Positions 29,196 to 40,069 of a DNA stretch of 40,771 nt are shown here, one piece after another. The notes beneath the pieces were generated by a model. The model did not search any database. It was not told the DNA's origin and saw only the letters and a program-made list of their open reading frames with translations. The stretch lies in assembly GCA_041480755.1 (NCBI GenBank), contig JBGPAO010000003.1, forward strand, positions 1 to 40,771. Reading direction: 5' to 3'. The translations under genes were made by a program, and so were the position numbers. The DNA comes from Bacteroidia bacterium (lineage in GTDB: Bacteria > Bacteroidota > Bacteroidia > Bacteroidales > SM23-62). The stretch's first letter is position 1; every line of letters starts with the position of its first letter.

Positions 29196-30257
29196 TTAAT
29201 ATGAATCTTTGTTCCTATAAATCTTTAACAGACTTTCTGAGAATTCTAATTCTTCGACCGGTTCTGAACTAATGACCGGGGCCGGAACACCTTTTCCAAA
29301 AGTATTGTTGCCGGTAAAAATCCTTGCTTCATCCCATACATCATGCTTTAGGAACTCATCAATCAGTATTTTTCCCCCTTCAACAATGAGCGATTGTACA
29401 TTACTTGTGTAAAGAAAGTCAAGAACAGCTGGTAATGGATCTTTATTTTTTTCAAGCAGAATAAATTTCAGGTTGTTCTTATCACTTCTGGGTATATGAG
29501 TAAACACAATTGTTTCCGCAGAACCATCCATGATGTGCAGATCACCGGACAACCTTGCTTCCCTGTCGATAACAATACGTAATGGATCTTTACCTGGCCA
29601 GTTCCTTGTCGTCAATTGGGGATTATCCTTAATTACAGTCCTTGAGCCAACAAGTATAGCTTGCTCTTCAGCTCTCCATTTATGAACGAGGCGGCGGCAA
29701 GCCTCATCTGTTATCCAGGTGATCTTTCTTTTCGCATTCTCATTCCTTTCAAGATCAATAAAGCTGTCTTTTGTTTGCGCCCATTTAAGGATAATATAAG
29801 GCCGTTTTTTCATATAGAAAGTGAAAAATCTTCTGTTCAGGTGAAGGCATTCTTCTTTCACTATATCAGTAACAACATATATGCCGTTTTCCTTAAGCCA
29901 ATTGATCCCCATTCCACTGACTATTGGATTTGGATCTAATGTTCCTGTAATAACCACAGGAACTTTTTTTTCAACTATAAGCTTTGTACAGGGAGGTGTT
30001 TTACCATAATGAGAACAGGGTTCAAGATTTACATAAAGAACTGAGTTTTTTAAAATGGAAGGTTTTGAAATACTGTTAATTGCCATAACTTCAGCATGCG
30101 GGCCACCAAAAAAATTATGATACCCTTCACCTATAATACGGTCTTCACAGACAATAACACAGCCTACCATTGGATTTGGAGCAGTGCTGCCAAGCCCTTT
30201 TTCGGCAAGGTCAATACAGCGCCTCATATATTTTTCATGCCCCTCCAAAATGCTCAA
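29196..30257 (-). CDS. ribD: Riboflavin biosynthesis bifunctional deaminase/reductase
   Basis: PNPMVGCVIV, HAE, LEPCSHYGKTPPC, DNPQLT.R and VEGG; TTG start uncertain. Confidence 0.97.
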   Translation of the reverse strand: MSILEGHEKYMRRCIDLAEKGLGSTAPNPMVGCVIVCEDRIIGEGYHNFFGGPHAEVMAINSISKPSILKNSVLYVNLEPCSHYGKTPPCTKLIVEKKVPVVITGTLDPNPIVSGMGINWLKENGIYVVTDIVKEECLHLNRRFFTFYMKKRPYIILKWAQTKDSFIDLERNENAKRKITWITDEACRRLVHKWRAEEQAILVGSRTVIKDNPQLTTRNWPGKDPLRIVIDREARLSGDLHIMDGSAETIVFTHIPRSDKNNLKFILLEKNKDPLPAVLDFLYTSNVQSLIVEGGKILIDEFLKHDVWDEARIFTGNNTFGKGVPAPVISSEPVEELEFSESLLKIYRNKDSY

Positions 30258-30270
30258 AGAATATATATTT

Positions 30271-30278
30271 TAACTTTG
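30271..30278 (+). promoter_or_regulatory. -7 element (TAACTTTG) only 4 nt before the prmC ATG
   Basis: TAnnTTTG in the 25-nt ribD/prmC gap. Confidence 0.45.
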
Positions 30279-30282
30279 ATTT

Positions 30283-31197
30283 ATGAATACAGTTGCCGGT
30301 ACAATAGGAAAACTATGCGAATTTATCAAAATTGAGCTTAAGGGACTATATCCGGAGTTAGAAATTAACAGCTTAACGGATATAATAATTTCTCACCTTC
30401 TTGGCATCCCAAAACATGAAATCCACATCGAAAAAGAGAAACCAATCTCTGAAATGCACGAAATACGTTCTATTGAAATAGTAAAAGAGCTAAAGACCGG
30501 GAAACCTGTTCAATATATTCTTGGCTTTACTGAATTCTATGGATTATATATGCATGTATCTCCAGATGTGTTGATCCCCCGGCCTGAGACTGAAGAACTT
30601 GTGAAATGGATAATTGATGACCATGCATGCAAATCACCGGTTATCCTGGATGTCGGGACAGGCAGTGGTTGTATTGCCATTGCATTGAAAAAGAACCTGT
30701 TATCTTCAGCGGTTTATGCCTGCGACATTTCAGCTTCAGCTTTGAAAATCGCACAGGAAAATGCCAGTGTAAATGGTGTTGATATTGTTTTTTTTCAGCA
30801 GGATATTTCCAATACAGATATTGTAAAGTTTGCAAAGGAACCTGGAGGTGATCGTGCATTAACACAACTGGCACCCGAAGCCAATCCTGAATATGATATT
30901 ATAGTGAGTAATCCGCCTTATATCCCGTTAAGAGAAAAGCCGTTAATCAATATAAATATTTCAGGCTTTGAACCCGGGAATGCACTATTTGTTCCTGATG
31001 ATGATCCATTAATGTTTTACAGGCATATTGCATACTTCGGATTGAATCATTTGAAAAAGAACGGGCAAATATATTTCGAGATCCATGAAAAATCAGGCTC
31101 TGAGCTTAAAAAACTATTGGAGAAATCAGGTTACAGGAATGTAACTCTCCAAAGGGATCTTAACGGAAAAGACAGGATGATGAAATGTTTTATTTAA
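30283..31197 (+). CDS. prmC: Release factor glutamine methyltransferase
   Basis: PVQYILG, VLIPRPETEELV, LDVGTGSGCIA, VSNPPY and DLNGKDR. Confidence 0.96.
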   Translation: MNTVAGTIGKLCEFIKIELKGLYPELEINSLTDIIISHLLGIPKHEIHIEKEKPISEMHEIRSIEIVKELKTGKPVQYILGFTEFYGLYMHVSPDVLIPRPETEELVKWIIDDHACKSPVILDVGTGSGCIAIALKKNLLSSAVYACDISASALKIAQENASVNGVDIVFFQQDISNTDIVKFAKEPGGDRALTQLAPEANPEYDIIVSNPPYIPLREKPLININISGFEPGNALFVPDDDPLMFYRHIAYFGLNHLKKNGQIYFEIHEKSGSELKKLLEKSGYRNVTLQRDLNGKDRMMKCFI

Positions 31198-31227
31198 TAT
31201 TACAGTTAAAATTATGTCTTGCCAGAA

Positions 31228-31680
31228 ATGAACAAAAAAGAAGCTCTCTCAAAAACACGCTCTATATGCAGCCACCAGGAACAATGCAGGCAGGATATAC
31301 TGGTTAAATTATCAAAATGGGATGTCAGTGAATCTGATTCTGAAGAGGTACTTGAAAATCTTGAACGCCAAGGATTTATTGATCATTCAAGATATGCCGG
31401 CTCCTTTGCCAACGATAAATTAAAATTTAATAAATGGGGGAAAATAAAGATCAGATGGATGCTGAGACAGAAGGAAATTCCGGAAGATATTATTGAAAGT
31501 GCTCTTTCTCTCATTGATGAGGATGAATACATTAATACACTGGCTGGTGAATTAAGGAAAAAAGTTAAATCCCTGAAATCCCGGAATGAATATGATAAGA
31601 AAGGTAAGCTTGTACAGTTTGCTGCCCAGCGTGGATTCGAATATGAAATCATTTCAAAAGTGATTAATAAGATTTTATAA
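31228..31680 (+). CDS. recX: Regulatory protein RecX
   Basis: CS.QE.C, L....FID..RYA..F..DK..FNKWG..KI and RGF; TTG 31219 is an alternative start. Confidence 0.92.
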   Translation: MNKKEALSKTRSICSHQEQCRQDILVKLSKWDVSESDSEEVLENLERQGFIDHSRYAGSFANDKLKFNKWGKIKIRWMLRQKEIPEDIIESALSLIDEDEYINTLAGELRKKVKSLKSRNEYDKKGKLVQFAAQRGFEYEIISKVINKIL

Positions 31681-31739
31681 TTTTGCATAATTATTAACAG
31701 ATCCGGAAAACATTTATTATCCGGCATAACTTTGAAAAA

Positions 31740-32829
31740 ATGATAACTTCAGAACAGATCAAAGAATTAGTAAGGCGGGAGAATTCGCTGAGGAGGCATC
31801 TTTGACATCGATAACAAACTTGACCTGATTAATAAGAGCGAAGAAATCACCCACGCTCCTGATTTCTGGAATGATCCTCAATCTGCAGAAGAAAAACTGA
31901 GAGAGATTTCACGATTAAAATCATGGACGACCTCTTATAATAAGGTAAAAACCAATCTGGATGATCTTGGAGTGATGTATGAATTCTTCAATGAGGGGGA
32001 TGCGACTGAAAAGGATGTCACGGATCAGTACAACGCAACACTTAAACTTATTGAGGAGCTTGAATTCCGCAATATGCTGAGCAGTGAAGAAGACGTACTG
32101 GGAGCTATACTTAAAATAAATCCGGGTGCTGGAGGTACAGAAAGCCAGGATTGGGCAATGATGCTTATGCGTATGTATATCCGGTGGGGTGAAAGAAATA
32201 ATTATAATGTCAGGGAGATTGCTTATCTGCCGGGTGATGAAGCCGGGATTAAGTCTGTAACCCTTGAATTTACAGGAGATTATGCGTATGGTTACCTTAA
32301 AAGCGAGAACGGGGTTCACCGGCTGGTAAGACTGTCCCCCTTTGATTCAAATAACAGGCGGCACACTTCATTTGCATCTGTTTTCGTATCTCCAATTATT
32401 GATGATTCAATCGAAATTGTGATCAACCCATCTGATATTTCATGGGAGACTTACCGTTCCAGCGGGGCTGGCGGTCAAAATGTAAACAAAGTTGAAACGG
32501 CAGTGAGGTTACGGCATTTCCCTACCGGAATGGTAATTGAAAACCAGGAAACCCGGTCACAGTTAAAAAACAAGGAAAATGCCATGAAGATCCTGAGATC
32601 TCATCTCTATGAACTTGAACTCAGGAAAAGAAGAGAGATCCAGGCTGAAATAGAAGGACTGAAGAAAAAGATCGAGTGGGGTTCACAGATTCGCAGTTAT
32701 GTCCTTCATCCCTATAAGATGGTGAAGGATCTCCGGACTGATTATGAGACCTCGAATATACAGGACGTACTGGACGGCAATCTTAATGATTTCATTAAAG
32801 AATATTTGATGCATTATGGAGGTTCATGA
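31740..32829 (+). CDS. prfB: Peptide chain release factor 2 via programmed +1 frameshift (join 31740..31802, 31804..32829; about 362 aa)
   Basis: Upstream ORF MITSEQIKELVRRENSLRRHL ends at CTT TGA C. The +1 frame continues DIDNKLDL...FWNDP into the 31972 ORF, which has GTES.DW, SPF and GGQ motifs. Confidence 0.96.
31791..31806 (+). promoter_or_regulatory. prfB frameshift cassette AGGAGG-CAT-CTT-TGA-C
   Basis: Internal SD-like hexamer 3 nt before the slippery CTT-TGA-C. Confidence 0.93.
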
Positions 32830-32904
32830 TTTGTATCTGTATTTACATTAGTTTTCAAAAATCAGGATTTATGTTAATTTTAAAAAACTAAAAAACATCT
32901 GCCC

Positions 32905-33369
32905 ATGAACAGACTAATTCATTTTTCTTCATTAATACTTCTGTTTGTAATTATTTGCATTTCTTGTAAAAAAGATGATGAGTGGTATCACATTACTGCC
33001 TATGAAGAGAATCTTCACCGTTATGTAAATGAGTACCGCAAATCACAGGGAAAGAATGAACTTGTTCTGCAGTATGTCATGGTAGTTGAGGCACAGGGAC
33101 ATAGTAAAGACTGGGAAGCCAGCGGTGATCCTGTAACAGGTCTCCAGGAACGTTTCAAAACTGTGATTGAAAAAATCGGAGGAACAAACTCGGCAGCCAT
33201 CACTTCAATTGCATACAATCTGCCTCCCGATAGTGTTGTGAACCGCTGGATTGCGGATACCAGTATCCGGGCTATCCTGCTGGATGTATACACTCAGTCA
33301 GGACCGGGGATTGCGGAAGGAGATGATAATGCTATCTATATTACGCATATGTTTCTGAACATTCCATGA
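32905..33369 (+). CDS. CAP/SCP-domain-like lipoprotein
   Basis: Lipobox CISC; VNEYR..G...L....AQGHS, VVNRW and Y.TH.F CAP layout. Confidence 0.75.
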   Translation: MNRLIHFSSLILLFVIICISCKKDDEWYHITAYEENLHRYVNEYRKSQGKNELVLQYVMVVEAQGHSKDWEASGDPVTGLQERFKTVIEKIGGTNSAAITSIAYNLPPDSVVNRWIADTSIRAILLDVYTQSGPGIAEGDDNAIYITHMFLNIP

Positions 33370-33370
33370 A

Positions 33371-33419
33371 GCATGGAGCATGGGGCAGAGAGCTGAGAGC
33401 TTAGGGCGGAGAGCTGAGA
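33371..33419. repeat. Heptamer tandem array, 7 degenerate units
   Basis: gcatgga gcatggg gcagaga gctgaga gcttagg gcggaga gctgaga, starting 1 nt after the CAP gene stop. Confidence 0.8.
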
Positions 33420-33587
33420 GAAGGTTACAAGTCAGGTAATATTTGATTTTTGATATATTTTCTCTGATTAATCTTATGAACTTGATAAATCTGATAAGCC
33501 TTTTAAGCCCGGAATTTGTAATTCGGAATCCATATTATGGTTAAATAAGGTGAAAAACATTTATAAAACAATTTAATACTTAGTAAC

Positions 33588-34979
33588 ATGACCATAAGAA
33601 TAGAAAAGGACACAATGGGGCCCGTTGAGGTTCCTGCTGATAAGTATTGGGGTGCCCAGACCCAGAGATCAGTAAATAATTTCAAAATTGGTGACCAGCT
33701 TATGCCAATTGAGATCATATATGCATTTGCATACCTGAAAAAAGCTGCTGCACTGGTCAACCTTGATCTTGGCGTTCTGGCTGAAGAAAAAGCAAAACTG
33801 ATTGCAAAAGTCTGCGATGAGATCCTGGAAGGCAATCTTGACGACCAGTTTCCCCTGGTAGTATGGCAGACCGGTTCAGGAACTCAATCCAACATGAATC
33901 TGAATGAGGTTATCGCAAACCGGGCTCATGTTATTAAAGGCAACAAGCTTGGAGAAGGACAAAAACTAATCCATCCCAATGATGATGTAAATAAATCCCA
34001 GTCATCCAACGACACTTTTCCAACTGCCATGCATATTGCAGCTTATAAGATGATTGTAGAAAAAACTATTCCCGGTGTTAAAAAGCTGCGCGATACACTT
34101 GCCACGAAATCAAAGGAATTCATGCAAATAGTGAAAATCGGTCGTACACACTGGATGGATGCTACGCCACTTACACTGGGACAGGAATTTTCAGGATATG
34201 TTTCCCAGCTGGATCACAGTCTGAAAGCCCTCAGAAATACTCTTCCTCATCTTGCTGAGATAGCTCTGGGAGGAACAGCAGTCGGTACAGGTATTAACGC
34301 ACCCAAAGGCTATTCAGAAAAGGTTGCTGCTAAAATTGCGGAACTGACAGGATTACCTTTCGTTACTGCACCCAATAAATATGAATCACTTGCGGCCCAC
34401 GATGCTGTTGTAGAAGCCTCCGGTGCACTTAAGCGACTTTCAGTCAGCCTTATGAAGATGGCAAACGATTTAAGGGTTCTTTCTTCCGGTCCCAGGAGCG
34501 GAATCGGTGAAATCATGCTTCCTGCAAATGAACCCGGTTCCTCGATAATGCCCGGGAAAGTAAATCCAACCCAGACTGAAGCCATGACTATGGTTTGTGC
34601 CCAGGTAATAGGAAATGATGTGGCCATAAGTATTGGAGGCACTCATGGGCATTTTGAACTGAACGTTTTCAAACCGGTTATGATAGTAAACCTTTTGCAT
34701 TCAGCACGGTTACTCGGAGATGCATGTGTATCCTTTAATGATAACTGCGCAGCAGGAATTGTTCCAAACCTGGATACCATTAAGAAGCATGTTGAGAACT
34801 CACTGATGCTTGTGACGGCCCTTAATCCGCATATCGGCTATGAAAAATCTGCAGAAATTGCAAAAAAAGCTTTTTCTGAAAACACCACCCTCAGAGAAGC
34901 TGCACTCGCCCTCGGGTATGTGACGGATGCAGATTTTACCAAATGGGTCGATCCGAAAAAGATGGTCGGGGAAATCTAA
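33588..34979 (+). CDS. fumC: Fumarate hydratase class II
   Basis: [35 protein letters not shown] and signature [11 protein letters not shown]. Confidence 0.98.
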   Translation: MTIRIEKDTMGPVEVPADKYWGAQTQRSVNNFKIGDQLMPIEIIYAFAYLKKAAALVNLDLGVLAEEKAKLIAKVCDEILEGNLDDQFPLVVWQTGSGTQSNMNLNEVIANRAHVIKGNKLGEGQKLIHPNDDVNKSQSSNDTFPTAMHIAAYKMIVEKTIPGVKKLRDTLATKSKEFMQIVKIGRTHWMDATPLTLGQEFSGYVSQLDHSLKALRNTLPHLAEIALGGTAVGTGINAPKGYSEKVAAKIAELTGLPFVTAPNKYESLAAHDAVVEASGALKRLSVSLMKMANDLRVLSSGPRSGIGEIMLPANEPGSSIMPGKVNPTQTEAMTMVCAQVIGNDVAISIGGTHGHFELNVFKPVMIVNLLHSARLLGDACVSFNDNCAAGIVPNLDTIKKHVENSLMLVTALNPHIGYEKSAEIAKKAFSENTTLREAALALGYVTDADFTKWVDPKKMVGEI

Positions 34980-35009
34980 TATTTTTGGTTCTCGATTTGC
35001 AAGATTATA

Positions 35010-36524
35010 ATGTCATCTGAAGAAAAAAGAGAAAAGCTTTTCGAAGAGTTTCCGCCTGTTGCAACCAGCCAGTGGGAGGATAGGATCCGTGAAGATCTTA
35101 AGGGGGCGGACTATGATAAAAACCTGGTCTGGCGGCCTCCGGATGGTATTGTTGTACGGCCATACTACCGCAGGGAAGACATCGAAGAACTACCCTTCAT
35201 CGACAGCAAATCCGGTGAATATCCCTTTATTCTGGGAAACAAGACTAAGAATAATGACTGGGAAATCAGTCAGGATATTATCGTAAATTCTTTCCGGGAA
35301 GCTAATCAAAAAGCCATCTCTCTCCTCGGGAAAGGAGTGACATCTCCCAGGTTTATTCTGAATGGAAAACTACCCGGCAAAATAAATCAACTTGAGGAAT
35401 TGTTACGGGGGATTGACCTTCAGGTTGTTCCGGTTCATTTTAGCCTGCCCCCTGACGACTATTCTCTTCTAATCCTGTTATCTGGGCTCGCCCGGAAAAA
35501 AGGGATTGATCCGGCGCAAATCAAAGGCTCTGTTGATCTTGATCCCCTGGGGCATTTATTCCGGACAGGGAATTTTTTCGGGAACGCAGAAAAGGATATG
35601 CTTGATTTGAAAAATGCAATAAATTTCGGAGTAAAGCATCTTCCCTCATTCAGGATACTGGCAGTGACCCCTGAGGTATTTCATAATGCAGGTGCGACAA
35701 TAAGCCAGGAGCTTGGATTTGCGATAGCAACAGGAGCAGAGTATATGTCTGAACTGACAGATCTCGGATTAAATACAGGTTATATTGCATCAAGGACTTC
35801 ATTCCGTTTTTCAATCGGATCAGAGTATTTCCCTGAAATAGCAAAACTCAGGGCAGCAAGATTGCTATGGGCTGTAATAACAGATTCATTTACAGCCGGA
35901 CAGGCAGATCCATGCATAATGAGAATTGACTCATCTACATCGTCATGGAACCAGACTATCCCTGGTCAGTACAATAACCTGCTCAGGGGAACAACCCAGG
36001 CAATGTCTGCTATTCTTGGGGGTGCGGATTCTCTTATGGTATTACCATTTGATTATGCAACCGGGAATATCGGCGAATTCAGCGAAAGGCTTGCCAGGAA
36101 CATCCAGTTCATCTTACGGGAAGAGGCTTATTTTAACAAGGTTTCCGACCCGGGCGCCGGTTCATATTATATAGAAAACCTTACACATAAAATAGCAGAA
36201 AATGCCTGGAAGATATTTATCGACATTGAAAAAGAAGGTGGAATTTTGAATGCTTTCAGGAATGGGATAATCCAGGATATGATTGAAAAAACAGTGCGGG
36301 AAAAACTGAACAGGATTGAACAGAAAAAGGATAAAATTGTGGGCATAAACTGGCATCCTGACACCGATGAAAAGCCGGGTAGAAAACTGATAATTCAAGG
36401 GAACGAGGCCTCACCTGATGGAACAACAGTCGGAAGACCTCTCAGGAAATCCAGGGCAGTATTGGAATATGAAGAACATATGCTAATTCCTGATCAGTCA
36501 GGTAAAAAGATGAAGGAAAAATGA
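35010..36524 (+). CDS. mutA: Methylmalonyl-CoA mutase small (non-catalytic) subunit, short form
   Basis: LFEEFPP..W...[24 protein letters not shown] and [10 protein letters not shown]; ATGA overlap with the large subunit gene. Confidence 0.9.
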   Translation: MSSEEKREKLFEEFPPVATSQWEDRIREDLKGADYDKNLVWRPPDGIVVRPYYRREDIEELPFIDSKSGEYPFILGNKTKNNDWEISQDIIVNSFREANQKAISLLGKGVTSPRFILNGKLPGKINQLEELLRGIDLQVVPVHFSLPPDDYSLLILLSGLARKKGIDPAQIKGSVDLDPLGHLFRTGNFFGNAEKDMLDLKNAINFGVKHLPSFRILAVTPEVFHNAGATISQELGFAIATGAEYMSELTDLGLNTGYIASRTSFRFSIGSEYFPEIAKLRAARLLWAVITDSFTAGQADPCIMRIDSSTSSWNQTIPGQYNNLLRGTTQAMSAILGGADSLMVLPFDYATGNIGEFSERLARNIQFILREEAYFNKVSDPGAGSYYIENLTHKIAENAWKIFIDIEKEGGILNAFRNGIIQDMIEKTVREKLNRIEQKKDKIVGINWHPDTDEKPGRKLIIQGNEASPDGTTVGRPLRKSRAVLEYEEHMLIPDQSGKKMKEK

Positions 36525-38659
36525 GGCCTGATTTTAAAAATATTGATTTCAGAAAGCATTCACCTAGCAAAGTGGCTGTCGGTGGAATTCCTGTGATTTC
36601 AGAGTGGATGACTGCCGAACAAATAAATGTCAAAAGCCTGTTCACCCGGGAGGATCTCGCAGACCTGGAGCATCTGGATTATGCTGCGGGAATACCCCCA
36701 TTTCTGCGCGGCCCCTATTCCACTATGTATGTTATGCAGCCATGGACTATCAGGCAATATTCGGGATTTTCCACTGCTGAAGAATCAAACGCTTTTTACA
36801 GGCGAAACCTTGCCGGCGGTCAGAAAGGGCTGTCAGTAGCCTTTGACCTGGCCACCCACAGAGGTTATGATTCCGATCATGAACGCGTGGTTGGTGATGT
36901 CGGGAAGGCTGGAGTCGCAATATCGTCCATATTGGATATGAAAATTCTTTTTGACCAGATCCCTCTTGATAAAATATCGGTATCCATGACCATGAACGGG
37001 GCAGTTCTCCCGATAATGGCATTTTATATTGTCACCGCCCTCGAGCAGGGTGTAAGTCTGGAGTCTCTTTCCGGGACTATTCAGAATGACATACTTAAAG
37101 AATTTATGGTGAGGAATACTTATATATATCCTCCTGAAGCCTCGATGAAGATAGTTGCCGATATTTTCAGGTTTACATCGAAGTATATGCCCAGGTTTAA
37201 CTCGATCAGTGTTTCCGGCTATCATATGCAGGAAGCCGGGGCGACAGCTGATATTGAACTGGCGTATACCCTTGCCGACGGACTCGAATATCTCAGGACA
37301 GGAATAAATGCCGGACTGGATATTGATACTTTCGCTCCAAGAATATCTTTTTTCTGGGGAATCGGTATGAATCATTTCATGGAAATTGCTAAGATGAGAG
37401 CAGCTAGGTTGCTATGGTCTAAAATCGTATCAGAATTCAAACCAAAGAATCCAAAATCACTTTCGCTGCGCACACATTGCCAGACATCGGGATGGAGCCT
37501 TACAGAGCAGGATCCGTACAACAATATATCCAGAACCTGTATCGAAGCTATGGCAGCAGCTCTTGGTCACACCCAGAGCCTGCACACAAATGCACTGGAT
37601 GAAGCAATCGCGCTGCCAACTGATTCCTCGGCAAGAATAGCCAGGAATACACAGCTGTACCTGCAGGAAGAAACTCAGATCACAAGATCCATTGATCCAT
37701 GGGCCGGTTCTTATTATGTCGAGTATCTTACTCATGAACTTGCCAATAGCGCATGGAGACAGATACAGGAAATTGAAAAGCTCGGCGGGATGTCCCGTGC
37801 TATCGAAACCGGCCTGCCAAAAATGAGGATCGAAGAAGCCGCTGCACGGAAACAGGCCAGGATCGATGCGAATAAAGATATTATTGTAGGACTGAATAAA
37901 TACCGCCCTGATACAGAGGAGCCGGTTGATATCCTCGAGGTCGATAACACTGCTGTCAGGGTTGCACAGGTAAAAAGACTGGATCAACTGAAGTCTGAAA
38001 GAGATACCGGAAAAGTCAGGGAAATACTTGATAAGCTTACAGAAGCTGCACGCACGGGTGAACAAAACCTCCTGGAACTTTCTGTCGAAGCAGCAAAAAG
38101 AAGGGCAACTCTTGGTGAAATATCTCTTGCTCTGGAAAAAGTATATGGCAGATATAAAGCTGTTATCCGTTCAGTTTCAGGTATTTATTCATCAGAATCG
38201 GCCGGGAATGAAAATTATAAACATGCCCGGGAACTTGCTGCCCGGTTTGCACAGAAAGAAGGCAGGCAGCCAAGGATCATGGTTGCGAAGATGGGCCAGG
38301 ACGGCCATGACCGTGGCGCCAAAGTAGTGGCGACGGGTTATGCAGATATCGGGTTTGATGTGGATATAGGACCGCTTTTCCAGACTCCGGCTGAAGCTGC
38401 CCGCCAGGCTGTTGAAAATGACGTTCACATTCTGGGAATATCAAGTCTTGCCGGGGGGCATAAGACACTTATCCCTCAGGTTATTAAAGAACTTAAAGAT
38501 CTTGGACGGTCAGATATAATGGTCATCGCAGGTGGTGTAATTCCTCCTCAGGATTATGAATTTCTTTACAAAGCCGGTGTTGTGGGAATTTTTGGACCCG
38601 GGACATCTATCCCGGTTACGGCCATAAAGATTCTTGAGATAATGCTGGAGGGGAGTTGA
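36521..38659 (+). CDS. scpA: Methylmalonyl-CoA mutase large catalytic subunit
   Basis: [11 protein letters not shown] (Tyr specificity residue), [13 protein letters not shown] and B12 motif [16 protein letters not shown]. Confidence 0.98.
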   Translation: MRPDFKNIDFRKHSPSKVAVGGIPVISEWMTAEQINVKSLFTREDLADLEHLDYAAGIPPFLRGPYSTMYVMQPWTIRQYSGFSTAEESNAFYRRNLAGGQKGLSVAFDLATHRGYDSDHERVVGDVGKAGVAISSILDMKILFDQIPLDKISVSMTMNGAVLPIMAFYIVTALEQGVSLESLSGTIQNDILKEFMVRNTYIYPPEASMKIVADIFRFTSKYMPRFNSISVSGYHMQEAGATADIELAYTLADGLEYLRTGINAGLDIDTFAPRISFFWGIGMNHFMEIAKMRAARLLWSKIVSEFKPKNPKSLSLRTHCQTSGWSLTEQDPYNNISRTCIEAMAAALGHTQSLHTNALDEAIALPTDSSARIARNTQLYLQEETQITRSIDPWAGSYYVEYLTHELANSAWRQIQEIEKLGGMSRAIETGLPKMRIEEAAARKQARIDANKDIIVGLNKYRPDTEEPVDILEVDNTAVRVAQVKRLDQLKSERDTGKVREILDKLTEAARTGEQNLLELSVEAAKRRATLGEISLALEKVYGRYKAVIRSVSGIYSSESAGNENYKHARELAARFAQKEGRQPRIMVAKMGQDGHDRGAKVVATGYADIGFDVDIGPLFQTPAEAARQAVENDVHILGISSLAGGHKTLIPQVIKELKDLGRSDIMVIAGGVIPPQDYEFLYKAGVVGIFGPGTSIPVTAIKILEIMLEGS

Positions 38660-38702
38660 GACCTGTGGCTGTGTTAAAATGAATGAAATAAAAATATACT
38701 AT

Positions 38703-39215
38703 ATGAAGAAATATGTAACCGCCCTGATATTATTCCTGATCTTTATCACTGCCAGATCTCAGGATTTCAACAGGATTATTTTCGATCCGGAAAGTGAAGA
38801 GGAAATCCTCTATGGCCATTGTGATCGCGAAGGGCTTTCTTCCGGTCAGTTTGGAAGCTGGTTCGAGCCTGAATATGAATCCTACATGGTTGATGAAAGT
38901 ACCATGCTCACTATCGACCAGGATTTCTTTTTTACTTGCAATATAACTGTTGTACTTGGCACATGGTGTTCCGACAGTCAGAGAGAGGTGCCAAGGATTT
39001 TTAAGATTTTAGATCATATAGGATTTCCGGAAGATAATCTGAAACTTATATGCATCGACCGTTCAAAAAATGCTGAAGGAACTAATGTCTCTGATATGGA
39101 TATACAACTGGTACCTACAATTATTTTTTACCAGGGAGATACTGAAATTGGCAGAATTATTGAATCACCTGAAGTGTCTCTTGAATCGGATATGGCCGGT
39201 ATTTTGAAACAGTAA
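38703..39215 (+). CDS. Exported thioredoxin-like protein (WCSDS, CxxS type)
   Basis: Signal ending ARS-Q, LGTWCSDSQREVP, VPTII and EIGRIIE; ATG 38679 is an alternative start. Confidence 0.85.
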   Translation: MKKYVTALILFLIFITARSQDFNRIIFDPESEEEILYGHCDREGLSSGQFGSWFEPEYESYMVDESTMLTIDQDFFFTCNITVVLGTWCSDSQREVPRIFKILDHIGFPEDNLKLICIDRSKNAEGTNVSDMDIQLVPTIIFYQGDTEIGRIIESPEVSLESDMAGILKQ

Positions 39216-39301
39216 ATCTGAAAATTTCCCCTGTGTTTTAATCATTTGGCTGACAGATTATTCATCGCTGCTTTCTTAATGGGATTTTCCTCACATTTTA
39301 C

Positions 39302-39309
39302 TATATTTG
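39302..39309 (+). promoter_or_regulatory. -7 element (TATATTTG)
   Basis: TAnnTTTG 40 nt before ATG 39350. Confidence 0.45.
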
Positions 39310-39349
39310 ATAATTATTCATAACTGATCAAGATCAAATAATAACAGAT

Positions 39350-40069
39350 ATGGAAAACCAAACCACAACAACCGCCGGTCAGGGTATGGGTATAGCCGGT
39401 CTGTTGCTCGGAATTATTGCAATTCCTCTTGCAATTATCCCATGTACTTTTGTTCTCGCCTTATTGTTTGGGGCAGCAGGGATTGTCTTAAGTGCAGTTG
39501 GTCTCCACCAGGCAAATACATCTAACGGAACCAAGGGACTTCCGTTATCGGGACTTATTGTTTCAGTTGTCGGACTGTGTATTGCAATGATGTGGGGATT
39601 TTTCTTTGCATCATTATCTGATAATGGCCGGTTCTGGAAACAGGGCAAATTCTGGGAGCAATTTGAGAATATTGGTAATGAAGTAGGTAAGGATATTGAA
39701 GAATCCATGAAGGATGTAGAGGATGATTTTGATAAGGCTGGTAAGGATCTCGAAAAGACCCTTGAAGAATTGGAATCCGATTCAGCCAGACAAAATTTCA
39801 TCTGGGGGGAGGAAATCTCAGATGAGGAATTTGATAAGCTGCTGAATAGCTACGAAGAACTGATCGGTGATTATGTAAGACTTGTTGATGATGCTGGTGA
39901 TGGCGATATTGAAGCAATTGCCGAGTATGCCAAAGTCTCTGTCAAGGCTGTCGCCCTCGCCACAAAGCTTACATCTGTTGCTCCCAAATTGACAGAAAAG
40001 CAAAAGGAAAGGTTCAAAGAGCTTCAGAAGAAATACGAAGAGGCCCTGGAGAAAGCACAGGATAAATAG
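39350..40069 (+). CDS. Membrane protein: DUF4190-like N-terminal TM region + acidic coiled coil + DUF6591-like helical C-terminus
   Basis: GIAGLLLGI..IPC..GIVLS.VGL..A..KG...G TM pattern; C-terminal FD.LL.SYE..I..Y..L...A..GD..A..EY...LT..Q..RF. Confidence 0.7.
   Translation: MENQTTTTAGQGMGIAGLLLGIIAIPLAIIPCTFVLALLFGAAGIVLSAVGLHQANTSNGTKGLPLSGLIVSVVGLCIAMMWGFFFASLSDNGRFWKQGKFWEQFENIGNEVGKDIEESMKDVEDDFDKAGKDLEKTLEELESDSARQNFIWGEEISDEEFDKLLNSYEELIGDYVRLVDDAGDGDIEAIAEYAKVSVKAVALATKLTSVAPKLTEKQKERFKELQKKYEEALEKAQDK

Noticed and set aside
30258-30282. FMN riboswitch before ribD (and cobalamin riboswitch before the mutase genes)
   Set aside because: The gaps are only 25 and 30 nt, and no aptamer motifs are visible.
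31740-31971. prfB pseudogene or sequencing frameshift
   Set aside because: The break is the canonical CTT-TGA-C programmed site with an upstream SD-like sequence.
36833-38065. Minus-strand ORFs of 180 and 202 aa
   Set aside because: Antisense to the conserved mutase gene with no recognisable motifs; the same applies to the other short nested ORFs in the track.
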